Below are positions 53,332 to 62,596 of a stretch of DNA of 64,000 nucleotides, piece by piece. The notes beneath the pieces are model-generated. The model was not told the origin of the DNA and did no database searches. It was given only the letters and a program-made list of their open reading frames with translations. A program made the position numbers and the translations under genes. Source of the stretch: Chloroflexota bacterium (GTDB lineage: Bacteria > Chloroflexota > Limnocylindria > Limnocylindrales > CSP1-4); assembly GCA_025358515.1 (NCBI GenBank), contig JANYJG010000061.1:18113-82112 (forward strand). The letters are read 5' to 3'. Positions within the stretch are counted from its first letter, which is position 1. Every line of letters begins with the position of its first letter.

Positions 53332-54477
53332 TCAATGGCAGCTGGCGGATCCGGAGTCGGTGAATGCGTAGCCGGGCGCCGGTACGAACTTCCAGCTGTA
53401 GCCGGTTGGACCGAGCCGCATGTCGATGACACCAAATGACGTGTCGTCACGAACGACCTCGCCAGCAAGGGGGCTCGCTGTGAAGGCGTAGTGGTTCTTG
53501 CCGCCTGTGCCAACGACGAATTCGGTAGTGCCGCTGGGATCGGGCTGGCCAGTCGCGTCGAGCGGAACGAATCGCTCGTAGTCGTGATTGTGCCCGGATA
53601 GGACCACATCCACGTTGGCGTTGACAAGATCCGCCCAGATCGTCTTCATCTGTGCGGCGTCTCCGTGCTCGCCCGACGACCAGCGCGGCTCGTGCCAGGT
53701 GACCAGGGTGCACAACGATGGGTGAGCTGCGAGGTCCGCCAGAAGCCACCGTTCCTGAGGTGATCCTGCTCCGCAGCCACCGACGTGACTGCACTCGGAG
53801 TTGAGGCTGATCATGTGCCAGTCACCCAGGTTGTAGCTGTAATACGCGGGCACCCCAAAGTAGGCGAAATAGTCGGCGGCACCGTGAGTCAGATATTCGT
53901 GATTGCCTATGGTCGGGTACATGATCGATCGGTACTGGCCCCACGTGGGCCCGAAGACGCTGTTGAATGCCGCCAGGGTGTTCTTCTCGTATTGGTTGTC
54001 GCCCAGTGTCAGAACGGCAGTGGGCCGAAGTTGGCCGATCAGGTTCGCCGTCGCAGCCTGGTCGCAATTGGTCGGTTGGTTGACATTGTGGGCCGGGTCG
54101 CAGGCGATATCGCCGGCGGCGACAATGCTGACCGTCACGGGCCGCGGCGTTGGCCCCTCGGTTGGCGGCGGTTGGGTCTCGGGCACCGGCGACTGGCCGG
54201 GACCGGGGATGAAGCCAGGGCTTGGCGAGGTCGGCGGTGCCCCGGGCGTGCCGGTGTCGCTCGCAGCCGGGGTGTCGCTCGCAGCCGGGGTGTCGGGTGC
54301 GCCGAGAACGCTGGACCCCGGTGCGCCAGACGGAATGGGCGAATAAGTCAGGAGTGCGCCTAGTTGAGCGGGCTGGCCGCCCACACCGCACGCCCACAGG
54401 GTTGCGAGGATTAGCCCGAAGCCGGCCAGCCGTGCTGCGACGAGAACTGGACGGGAATGCGATCGGTTGATGGTCAC
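53332..54477 (-). CDS. Secreted (lipoprotein) calcineurin-like metallophosphoesterase
   Basis: I chose GTG 54477 with AGGAGG 5-6 nt upstream. Lipobox LWACG. Motifs: AAGDIACD, LGDNQYE, GNHEY, SGHNHDYERF. Linker has the tandem repeat DTPAAS x2. Confidence 0.85.
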   Translation of the reverse strand: MTINRSHSRPVLVAARLAGFGLILATLWACGVGGQPAQLGALLTYSPIPSGAPGSSVLGAPDTPAASDTPAASDTGTPGAPPTSPSPGFIPGPGQSPVPETQPPPTEGPTPRPVTVSIVAAGDIACDPAHNVNQPTNCDQAATANLIGQLRPTAVLTLGDNQYEKNTLAAFNSVFGPTWGQYRSIMYPTIGNHEYLTHGAADYFAYFGVPAYYSYNLGDWHMISLNSECSHVGGCGAGSPQERWLLADLAAHPSLCTLVTWHEPRWSSGEHGDAAQMKTIWADLVNANVDVVLSGHNHDYERFVPLDATGQPDPSGTTEFVVGTGGKNHYAFTASPLAGEVVRDDTSFGVIDMRLGPTGYSWKFVPAPGYAFTDSGSASCH

Positions 54478-54844
54478 GAGTCCTCCTCTGATCCTGCCCA
54501 GTGGGACGGATCGCGGTAAGAGGATGTCCAGGGGCTGGAGCACCGCGGATAACCGCGCAGCCAAACCCGGCCCACTGACAGACGCGGATTATGGCCCGGA
54601 AAACCTGAAAGGTCGCTAAACGCCGCGACTTGTCCCGCCTGTGGGATCAGGATGTCCGGGCGAGTCTTCCGTCCCCTTGGTCGATGGGTAGGTGGTTGTG
54701 GATGCTTGGAATGGGCCACGGCCTACCCATTCGCCCCTCGGCCTCGCTCCTTGGGACGCCCTTCCGCCTACCGCGACACCTCCCCCGTCCACCCCCGCCG
54801 TGGGCCATCATTGTTGGACCGAGTCAGCTGTTCGGCCTGTCCGT

Positions 54845-56221
54845 ATGCTGGAGTCCTACATGCTTCTTGTGGGGCGGTCGCGGCCGTCGCGTCTGATCAC
54901 CAGAGTCAAGGCCGCAGTTGGCCTTGCGTTGACTCTGGTTCTCACGGCCGTCTACTCGCCGCCAATCGTGGGAGCGGCATCGACCTGCTCCTCGACCACC
55001 GGCCCAGGTGGCTACACGGTCGATGCTTGTCTGTCGCCGTCAGCTGGTGCCATCAGCGGGACGATCACGGCGTCCCTGACAGTTTCGACCTCGACATCCA
55101 AGGCCAGGCCGTCGGTGGTGGTCTTCTGCCTGGACGGGAGCCTCAACAGTGTCCCCCGTTGCGTGGACGGCGGCCCCGGCTACCTGCTGCGGGTCTTCAG
55201 CGCACGATCCAGGCCCAGCCAGACGACGAGTGTTTGGGCGTTTGACGTGCCCACGGCGCACTGGGTGGACGGCTCACATACATTGCTGGCTGAGGTGACG
55301 ATGGGGGATGGAACCGTTACGACTCCCGTCGTTGCGTCGCTGTCGTTTGCCAACGGCAACTCGAGCCAGCCGATCAACTCCACACCGCCGTCGATCAATG
55401 TTGGTACCGTTCCCACGGTCGGCGCACCCTTGGTCGTGGCCGCCGTCGGCGATGGAGCCGCGGGCGACCCATCGGCCAGCGCGGTGGTCAGCCGCATTCG
55501 GAGCTGGTCCCCCAACCTCTTCCTCTACCTTGGCGATGTCTATCAGGATGGCTCGTATCTAGAGTTCACGAACTCGTACGACCCCAGTTACGGCACGCTT
55601 CGATCGATCACGGATCCGGTTCCGGGCAACCACGAATACGTTTCCAGGACCGATCCGGTGACTTCGTCGAGTGTTCTTCCGGCCGGTGTGGCGTACTTCG
55701 ATTACTGGAACAACCTGCCGCACTACTACAGCTTCACCACAGCGGGCTGGCACTTCATTGCTCTCGACGCGAACAGTTCCGCTATGGGCACCGCCGCGTG
55801 GACTGCACAGCTCAGTTGGCTCAGCGCCGACCTGGCCGCTCACCCGACCGGCTGCACTCTGGCCTTCTGGCATCAGCCCGCTTTCAATATCGGTATGGAG
55901 CCCGTGCCCAACGTGGCCAAGACGCTCTGGCAGATGGTCGCCGGGCGCGCCACGCTGGTACTCGATGGTCACGACCACACGTATCAGCGCTGGACGGCGA
56001 TGGATCGACAGGGCGTTCCGAGCGACTCAGGGACGGTCGAGATCGTTGCCGGAACGGGCGGCCACGCCGCCGGCTCCTTCCGCTCGACAGACGTGCGCGT
56101 GCTGGCCAGCTCTACCGGGGCCGGGGCCGTGCGTCTCTCCCTGGCGGATGCGTCGGCCTCCATCCAATTCGTCACGTCAGCGGGATCCGTCATGGATTCG
56201 CAGACGGTCGCGTGCCATTGA
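54845..56221 (+). CDS. Secreted calcineurin-like metallophosphoesterase (paralogue) with an extra N-terminal beta-rich domain
   Basis: ATG 54845 or 54860, followed by a signal-like segment (AAVGLALTLVLTAVYSPPIVGAAS). Motifs: AAVGDGAAGD, LGDVYQDGS, PGNHEY, DGHDHTYQRW. Confidence 0.85.
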   Translation: MLESYMLLVGRSRPSRLITRVKAAVGLALTLVLTAVYSPPIVGAASTCSSTTGPGGYTVDACLSPSAGAISGTITASLTVSTSTSKARPSVVVFCLDGSLNSVPRCVDGGPGYLLRVFSARSRPSQTTSVWAFDVPTAHWVDGSHTLLAEVTMGDGTVTTPVVASLSFANGNSSQPINSTPPSINVGTVPTVGAPLVVAAVGDGAAGDPSASAVVSRIRSWSPNLFLYLGDVYQDGSYLEFTNSYDPSYGTLRSITDPVPGNHEYVSRTDPVTSSSVLPAGVAYFDYWNNLPHYYSFTTAGWHFIALDANSSAMGTAAWTAQLSWLSADLAAHPTGCTLAFWHQPAFNIGMEPVPNVAKTLWQMVAGRATLVLDGHDHTYQRWTAMDRQGVPSDSGTVEIVAGTGGHAAGSFRSTDVRVLASSTGAGAVRLSLADASASIQFVTSAGSVMDSQTVACH

Positions 56222-56240
56222 GGCGCCTGCTCGCCGCCGG

Positions 56241-56684
56241 CTACGCCTGCCCCTCAGGTCCCGTCGTCCGTATCACCGCCAGGGGTATTGATCGGGCGGT
56301 GTGTGCCTGATACTCGTGGTACCGACCGTGGTTGCTACCGTTGACGAGCTTCCACAGGCGCTCGTAGTCCGCGTCGCCTTGAGCGACGACGCGTCCGACG
56401 GAGGGCATGCGCAATCGCCCAACCTGGATCTCGACGCTTGGGTTCGCCTGCAGGTTGAATAGCCACGCGGGCGAATGCTGGCCGCCCCAGTTCGAGCCCA
56501 CCAGGACGAAGTCACGACCGTCGCGGGCGTAGATGAGGGCGTTCGTTCGCGCCGCGCCGGTGCGCCGGCCTGTGGTTCGCAGCAGCAACGTGGGAACCAT
56601 GATCATTCGGTGACCCACCCGGCCGTCGGTGTGGATGTAGAGGAATTGGTGCAGCCGCATGAACATTCGCTCGAACGCCGCCAT
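56241..56684 (-). CDS. Deazaflavin (F420)-dependent nitroreductase family protein (Ddn/DUF385)
   Basis: LLLRTTGRRTGAARTNALIYARDGRDFVLVGSNWGGQHSPAWLFNLQANP. Confidence 0.85.
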   Translation of the reverse strand: MAAFERMFMRLHQFLYIHTDGRVGHRMIMVPTLLLRTTGRRTGAARTNALIYARDGRDFVLVGSNWGGQHSPAWLFNLQANPSVEIQVGRLRMPSVGRVVAQGDADYERLWKLVNGSNHGRYHEYQAHTARSIPLAVIRTTGPEGQA

Positions 56685-57102
56685 GCCAATCCTCGTTCCG
56701 TGCTGCCCCGAAGTCGAAGGCCCTTCAGCCTAGCAGCGCCACTGGTGCGGACCGGCGGCGACAAATCTTCGTTCCGGATCTCATCCCCTCTCGCCCGGAG
56801 GCTCTGCTCCACAGCCCGGGGCGAATTCGCTCAGCTGTCGCCCAAGGCGGAAACGCCACTGGGTGCGTACCCGTGGCCATTCGCGTATGCGCTCACATCC
56901 GAGCGAAACGCCCCCTACATGACCTGGCAAGTCGGCTGCTCTGCACAATGGACCAGTGGCAGCCCGCCGGTTGGGGCGATTGTCCGCGCAACCAAGGTCA
57001 GAGCGGGCTGGCGCCTACTGCTGCGCCTTGCGGCCGCCGCCTCCTGGCGGATAGCCGGCCGCTGAGTCCAGTCACATAGGGGAGTCGGCGCAGGGCAAAA
57101 AA

Positions 57103-57474
57103 TGGTGGAGATGGGGGAGAGTCGAACTCCCCGTCCAGAAACCTTCTCCGGAGACCACTACGAGCGTGTCCGATGATTTGTCGTCGATCGTCTGGGCGGC
57201 CATCGGCAGCCTACCAAACGCTCCAGTCACGTCCCCTTGCGGGCTTTGACTCCGGCTACGCGACGCTACTCGGAATCGCACCTCCGCTGAATGACGCTTC
57301 CACAGCCCACGGAGGCGAGGCTGCTTCCACGCTCACCTTACTGCCTAAGCAGCGAGGGCGAGAGTTGACTGGTTGTTGCCAGTTACTTCGTTTGGGCTCC
57401 TTTTTACGAGGCCTGGAGGCCAACCTCGGCTCGCGTTCTCCGATCACCGGCCCCTGTCGAAACCACGCATCCCC
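57103..57474 (-). ncRNA. ssrA: tmRNA (SsrA)
   Basis: The minus-strand 5' end is GGGGATGCGTGGTTTCGACAGGGG. The 3' end is GGACGGGGAGTTCGACTCTCCCCCATCTCCACCA (T-arm, acceptor, CCA). An internal reading frame ends ...CAG TCA ACT CTC GCC CTC GCT GCT TAG (..QSTLALAA stop). It lies adjacent to smpB. Confidence 0.9.
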
Positions 57475-57501
57475 ACAGAAGGCGCTGCGACCAGCCCGCG
57501 G

Positions 57502-57529
57502 ATTGTACCGCGGCTTGCCCAACGGTCAA
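57502..57529 (-). promoter_or_regulatory. Candidate ssrA promoter TTGACC-16 nt-TACAAT (minus strand)
   Basis: The hexamers read on the minus strand at 57529..57524 and 57507..57502, about 28 nt upstream of the mature tmRNA 5' end. Confidence 0.45.
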
Positions 57530-57562
57530 TTCTGGCGGCGGTTGGTAGCGGCCGGCGCGGCT

Positions 57563-57619
57563 GCCGCCGCTCAACGGACTCGCCGCCGCTCAACGGACTC
57601 GCCGCCGCTCAACGGACTC
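57563..57619. repeat. 19-bp perfect tandem repeat x3 (GCCGCCGCTCAACGGACTC)
   Basis: Seen directly. It straddles the smpB stop codon (57609..57611). Confidence 0.9.
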
Positions 57620-58088
57620 GGCTGCGGCCCCGGTCGGCATCGGCGATGGCGCGGTCCAGTTCGCGGCGCGAGTCCCGGTCGGCGATGTCGCGGCGGCGGT
57701 CGTGGAGCTGCTTGCCGCGACCCAGCCCGATCTCCAGCTTGGCCCGGCCGCGCAGGTTGATGTACATCTTGAGCGGCACGAGGGTAAGCCCTTTGGACCG
57801 GGTCTTGGCCAGCAGAGCCAGGATTTCATCGCGATGGAGAAGCAGTTTGCGCGGCCGCTTGGGTTCGTGGTTGTAGCGGTTGCCGGTTTCCCACTGGGCG
57901 ATGTTGGCGCCGACGAGCCAGGCCTCGCCACGGTCGATGCGCGCGTAGGCGTCCGCCAGCGTCACCTTTCCGGCTCGGATCGATTTGATCTCGGTCCCGG
58001 TTAGGGCGATGCCGGCTTCGAATGAGTCCTCGATCGAGTACTCGTGGCGCGCTTTTCGATTAAGGGCGACGGTCTTCTCTTCGCCCAT
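57609..58088 (-). CDS. smpB: SsrA-binding protein SmpB
   Basis: NRKARHEYSIEDSFEAGIALTGTEIKSIRAGKVTLADAY ... KRPRKLLLHRDEI. Confidence 0.95.
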   Translation of the reverse strand: MGEEKTVALNRKARHEYSIEDSFEAGIALTGTEIKSIRAGKVTLADAYARIDRGEAWLVGANIAQWETGNRYNHEPKRPRKLLLHRDEILALLAKTRSKGLTLVPLKMYINLRGRAKLEIGLGRGKQLHDRRRDIADRDSRRELDRAIADADRGRSRVR

Positions 58089-58381
58089 TCGGGCTCCTGG
58101 GCTGGTGGCCGAAGGCTACGAGGCCTCGGCCAGTAGTTGGAGGTTGGCGCCCGTATTCACCCTGGACGCACGAATGCCGGCCCAGAAGGACCGGCATTCG
58201 GTTTGCTGTTAATCACCACCCGCGGTGACCGGTCCTAGAGGCCGGCTCCTCGCGAGGTGGTGCAGCACATCGGCATCGACACTGCACATCACCTCCTTTC
58301 GTTCTCGGGCATCCTATCGGTAGTCTGCCAAAGGCGCAACCGCTGGTTTGGCAGGTGGCCTAGGTCGGGACAGAGCAGCGC

Positions 58382-59824
58382 TTAGCTAGGGCTGGCGCTG
58401 GGAGCCGGCGAGCCGTTCCGCAAGGACGATGGCAGAGGGGAAGCGGACGGGGCCGGCCCCGAATCCGCCGCGTAGCCCAATGCAACGAGGGCAGCGTCCA
58501 AAACCGGGTCCGAGCCGGCTCGGGCGCCGTCGGAACTGACCGCCAGATCGGGCTGCAGGCCTTTGCCCTGGATCCAGACCCTGTTCGGGGTGAGCCACCG
58601 GGCCACGGTCAGGTGAATGCCGCCGAAGTCGTTGGTGAGTGGCAACCACTCCTGGACGACACCCTTGCCGTATGTCGCCTGGCCGATTAGTTTGGCCCGG
58701 CCACGCGCCTGGAGTGCCCCGGCCAGTATCTCCGCTGCCGACGCGGTGCCCTTGTCGACGAGCACCACGACCCCAATCGAAGGGCTTATCGCTCGGCCGT
58801 TGGGTTCAGCGGCGATCTCCGTCTGCGCGCTGGAGGCGTCCTGCTGGTAGACGATTGCGCCCGAGCCGATGAACTCGCTGGCGATCTTGACCGCATCGTT
58901 GACGTAGCCGCCGGGGTTGCCGCGCAGGTCGATGATCACGCTGCGCTCGCCCGCTGCCAGGGCATCCTTTAGAGCCGCGTCGAACTGTGCACTTGCGCCA
59001 CCATTGACGCCGGTCACTTCGATGTAGGCGACCTTGCCACCGGCCAGCGTTCGGGTGTTCACCTGGGGCAGGGTGTAGGACTGGCGGACGATCGAAAGCT
59101 CGATCTTGCTGCCCGCTCGGTCGAGGCTAAGGGTGACGGTCGTGCCCTTGGCGCCCTTGATCTTGGCACTCGCCGCGTCGATCGACAATCCGGCCAGGCC
59201 GACTCCGTCCACCGCGACGATTACGTCGCCCGGCCTGATTCCTGCAGCCGCGGCGGGGGAGCCCGCGATCGGCTTGTCCACCGCCAACTCGCAACCATTG
59301 CCTATCGTCTGGCATTTGAGGGAGCTGGTCGGGTCGATCGGCTGGAGTGCTATCTGAACGCCTATGCCCAATGCCTGCCCGCCAACATTTAGCAGCGAAT
59401 TCTCGAAATCGGCCGGGCCCTGATAGTAGGACCACTGGTCGTTGAGGCTGTCCATCATGCCCTTGATCGCGGCCTTCACGAGCTCGTCCTGGCTGGGTCG
59501 CGGCGATCCGGCGTATTCGTTCCCAATGGCCGTATAAACATCCCAGAACGGGGCGAACCGAGCCTCTTCGCCGGCGGGCGTCCCGGGCGAAGTCGCGACA
59601 TGGGCCCCCAGTGAATAGCCACCCAGGAATAGGGCGCTACCGGCGACGAGAGCAACGAGGATCAGGCTGAAGCGCGATGGACCGGACGCTCGACGCCGGC
59701 GCGCCCCGGACGGGACGGCCGCCTCTGCTACCGCCGAGGTTTCGCTTGCCGGTTCGACAGGCTGGGTTGGTTCGGCCGGTTCGGCCGGTTCCGGCACGAG
59801 AATTGTTGAATCGAATAGGGGCAT
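58382..59824 (-). CDS. S41-family C-terminal processing peptidase with PDZ domain
   Basis: I chose ATG 59824 (MPLFDSTIL). PDZ: GIRPGDVIVAVDG. Catalytic blocks: IIDLRGNPGGYV and VVLVDKGTASAAEILAGAL. Confidence 0.9.
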   Translation of the reverse strand: MPLFDSTILVPEPAEPAEPTQPVEPASETSAVAEAAVPSGARRRRASGPSRFSLILVALVAGSALFLGGYSLGAHVATSPGTPAGEEARFAPFWDVYTAIGNEYAGSPRPSQDELVKAAIKGMMDSLNDQWSYYQGPADFENSLLNVGGQALGIGVQIALQPIDPTSSLKCQTIGNGCELAVDKPIAGSPAAAAGIRPGDVIVAVDGVGLAGLSIDAASAKIKGAKGTTVTLSLDRAGSKIELSIVRQSYTLPQVNTRTLAGGKVAYIEVTGVNGGASAQFDAALKDALAAGERSVIIDLRGNPGGYVNDAVKIASEFIGSGAIVYQQDASSAQTEIAAEPNGRAISPSIGVVVLVDKGTASAAEILAGALQARGRAKLIGQATYGKGVVQEWLPLTNDFGGIHLTVARWLTPNRVWIQGKGLQPDLAVSSDGARAGSDPVLDAALVALGYAADSGPAPSASPLPSSLRNGSPAPSASPS

Positions 59825-59843
59825 CGAGCGAACCTCAGAAGGA

Positions 59844-60725
59844 TCAGCGACGCAGGTAGCTTCGGACCGAGAGATACGAGCCGAGGACGCCGATGCCGGC
59901 CCCGGTGCCAAGCACGATTAACGCCAGATTTGGACCAATCAGTGCACTCGCATCGCCTGGAAATACGCTGAAGAAGCCGGACATGAATCCCACCAGACGG
60001 TCTCGAACGAGCAGCAGTAGACCGATGGTGATGCCGGCGCCGAAAAGGCCGACGAGCGCCCCCTCGAATATGAACGGCCAGCGAATGAAAGCGTCCGAAG
60101 CGCCGACCAATCGCATGATCTCGATTTCGTCCGCCCGCGCCACAACGGCCATTCGAATCGAGTTGACGATGATGAACAGGACGATGAGGCCGACGATGGT
60201 GAGGATGGCGATGCCGCCCGTCCGCAGGACGTTGATGACGGTCACCATCTGATCGACGGTCGCCTTGATGTCCTGAACGGTTTCCACCGGTTCCTGGCTC
60301 CGCAAATAGGAGGCCACGCTCGAATAGTCGCCGGGGTCCCGCAGGTTGATCTCCAGCGACGCGTGCAGCGGGTTCGAATCCAGGGAGCCGATCAAACCGG
60401 CCGCTTGCGGTTGCCGAGCCTGGAAGTCCTTGAGGGCCTGGTCCTTGGAGACATACCTGACGGCGGTTACCTGTGGCATTTCACCCAGGGTCGTTTGGAG
60501 CCGGGCCACGTCCGCCGTGGTGGTCGAGTCTCTGAGGTTGGCCACGACCTGAACTTCCTGGGAGACGTACTTGAGGGTAACGTCCAGACCCGTGAGAAGG
60601 ATTATCAAGCCCGACATCAGGATCAGCATCAGGACCATCGTGGCCGTTGCCGCGACGCTCATGAGGCCGTTCCGCCAGAAGCCCTGCCAGGCGCGTCGCA
60701 GGCTGAAGGCGATGAATGTGATCAC
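59844..60725 (-). CDS. ftsX: Cell division ABC permease-like protein FtsX
   Basis: 293 aa. TM1, extracellular domain, then 3 TMs. It follows ftsE. Confidence 0.92.
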   Translation of the reverse strand: MITFIAFSLRRAWQGFWRNGLMSVAATATMVLMLILMSGLIILLTGLDVTLKYVSQEVQVVANLRDSTTTADVARLQTTLGEMPQVTAVRYVSKDQALKDFQARQPQAAGLIGSLDSNPLHASLEINLRDPGDYSSVASYLRSQEPVETVQDIKATVDQMVTVINVLRTGGIAILTIVGLIVLFIIVNSIRMAVVARADEIEIMRLVGASDAFIRWPFIFEGALVGLFGAGITIGLLLLVRDRLVGFMSGFFSVFPGDASALIGPNLALIVLGTGAGIGVLGSYLSVRSYLRR

Positions 60726-60727
60726 CT

Positions 60728-61513
60728 CTAGCCCTCGCGGTGGTATGCGGCGCCGGTCTCGTCACGAACGATCCGGCCGTCTTCGAGCGCCACGACGCGT
60801 TTGCGCAGGGCGGTCACGACCTCGGCATTGTGGGTCGCCATCAGCACCGTGACGCCCATCTCGTTGATGCTGAGCAGGAGCTGGATGATCTCCCAACTGA
60901 TCGACGGGTCCAGGTTTCCGGTCGGCTCGTCGGCGATGAACAGCCGCGGGTCGTGGACCAGGGCGCGGGCGATGGCCGTGCGTTGCTGTTCGCCGCCCGA
61001 CAGCTCCGGGGGCAGCTGGTCCGCTTGACCCGCCAGGCCCACGACGCGCAGGACCCGATCGACCGCCGGCGCGATCTGGCGGCGAGGCGTGCCGGTGACT
61101 TCCAAGGCGAAGGCGACATTGTCGCGGACGGTCTTGGTTTGCAGCAGCTTGAAGTCCTGGAAGACAATGCCGATCTTGCGCCGGATGCGCGGCACCTCTC
61201 GGCGCTTGAGGCGGGCCAGGTCGCGGCCGTCCAGCAACACCTTGCCCTTAGTCGCGAGCTCCTCGCGGATCAGGAGCCGAATGACCGTGGACTTGCCGGC
61301 GCCGGAAGGACCGACCAGGAACACAAAGTCGCCCTCGGGAACGACCAAGTCCACGTCGCGGAGGGCGACCTTGCCGGTGGCGTAGGACTTGGTGACGGCC
61401 TGCAACTCCAAAAGGGCCCGGCCGTCGGCGGAAGACCCGGTCGGACCGCGGCGAGCCGCGGTGGGGCGGCCGGAAGATTCGGGCGTGGATGCTGGTGCCG
61501 CGCTCACGCCCAT
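60728..61513 (-). CDS. ftsE: Cell division ATP-binding protein FtsE
   Basis: Walker A GPSGAGKST, LSGGEQQRTAIARAL, Walker B LFIADEPTGNLD. N-terminal low-complexity extension of about 35 aa. Confidence 0.92.
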   Translation of the reverse strand: MGVSAAPASTPESSGRPTAARRGPTGSSADGRALLELQAVTKSYATGKVALRDVDLVVPEGDFVFLVGPSGAGKSTVIRLLIREELATKGKVLLDGRDLARLKRREVPRIRRKIGIVFQDFKLLQTKTVRDNVAFALEVTGTPRRQIAPAVDRVLRVVGLAGQADQLPPELSGGEQQRTAIARALVHDPRLFIADEPTGNLDPSISWEIIQLLLSINEMGVTVLMATHNAEVVTALRKRVVALEDGRIVRDETGAAYHREG

Positions 61514-61585
61514 GAGGCTAGCACCGCTGGTCGACTCCGGCCGCGGAACGACGCCCGGGGTCGCCGGGGCCGGTTGGAGCGCGGG

Positions 61586-62596
61586 CTAGAGGAGCGCAAG
61601 GCTGCCGGGGAGGTAGCGGTCGAATGCGGCGAATGGCCGGGTCCAGCACAGCTGGGCCGGGAAGCCCTCGATGCGGAGGCCGGCTCGCAGGAACGCGACC
61701 ATAGCCCTGTCGTTTGCGCCGGGGACCCAGACCGTGGTGGCGCCGCGGGCCTGGATGGTGGTGAGCAGATGGCCGATGACGGGCGCTATCAACGTCTCGT
61801 CGAGCAGCGCCACCGGCCCAAAGCGACCCGCCTCCGAGTGGTATCCGTAGCCGATGGGTCGGCCGTCGGAGGTGCGGTATAGGAAGCCGCTTCGGCCGTT
61901 GGCTCGGAGGTAGGCGTGGTCCTCGGGGTGGGCGTAGCCCAGAGCGTCGCGGTCGATGGCGGCGATCGTGTCGGCAAGCCAGGCCGGGCCGGATTCCGAG
62001 CCAGGTGCCCCGTGGCCTTGGCGTTCCACTTCGGCGAACGGCGTCACGTCGATGCCGTCCGGCAGGGTCGGCAGGATGGACGGTCTGGCGGTTCCGACGA
62101 GGTTGAAGACGGGCAGGCGAGGCACGATGCCGAAGCGCGCGTACATGCCGTTTGAGACGGGCTGGGCCGAGTCCGTGCACGTGGCCAGGACGCCGGGCCG
62201 GAGGTCCGCCGCAGTGTCCTGCGCGCCGAGGGGCGGGAGCGAGGGCAGAATCCGAGTCAGAAGGGCCCGCCCGATGCCTCGGCCCTGTTCCTGTGGCAAG
62301 ACGTACAGCTGGGAGAGGAACCAGACGTGGTCACGCTGGAGGGCGATGCCGAAACCCACGATCTGGTCGGGGCTGCCGCCCGGGTCGACGCCACGCACCC
62401 GGCTCAGGGCAACCACGAACCGCTCCGGGTCCGTCGAAAGGAGGTGCCGGAGCAAATCCAGCAGCGGATCCAGGTAAGGCGGCGGCAGCGGTCGACCCAG
62501 TCGCGCCATGTAGTCGTCCACGGCGGAATACCAGACCAGGCCGCATTGGGCGAGCTCTGTTGGCCGAGGCGGTCGGTAGGAGGCGGCCGCATTCAC
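61586..62596 (-). CDS. GNAT-family N-acetyltransferase (two-lobed, about 336 aa)
   Basis: Acetyl-CoA loop LYVLPQEQGRGIGRALLTRIL. The GTG start overlaps the prfB stop (GTGA). Confidence 0.75.
   Translation of the reverse strand: MNAAASYRPPRPTELAQCGLVWYSAVDDYMARLGRPLPPPYLDPLLDLLRHLLSTDPERFVVALSRVRGVDPGGSPDQIVGFGIALQRDHVWFLSQLYVLPQEQGRGIGRALLTRILPSLPPLGAQDTAADLRPGVLATCTDSAQPVSNGMYARFGIVPRLPVFNLVGTARPSILPTLPDGIDVTPFAEVERQGHGAPGSESGPAWLADTIAAIDRDALGYAHPEDHAYLRANGRSGFLYRTSDGRPIGYGYHSEAGRFGPVALLDETLIAPVIGHLLTTIQARGATTVWVPGANDRAMVAFLRAGLRIEGFPAQLCWTRPFAAFDRYLPGSLALL

Noticed and set aside
56685-57102. Roughly 420-bp non-coding stretch between the Ddn gene and the tmRNA 3' end, examined as a possible integrated-element remnant (tmRNA genes are common att sites). 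ORFs 56873-57079 and 56603-56812 lie here.
   Set aside because: I could not find a duplicated copy of the tmRNA 3' end, an integrase gene or credible coding signal. There is not enough evidence to call an island.
58288-58300. CACCTCCTTTC identical to the 16S rRNA 3' end, considered as an rRNA gene fragment
   Set aside because: Only about 11-13 nt match and no further 16S-like sequence flanks it. It is better read as the complement of a strong SD on the minus strand (see finding).
60361-60390. GGGTTCGAATCC T-loop-like motif suggesting a tRNA
   Set aside because: The flanking bases do not form a T-stem (GCGGG versus CCAGG) or an acceptor stem, and the motif lies inside the ftsX coding sequence.
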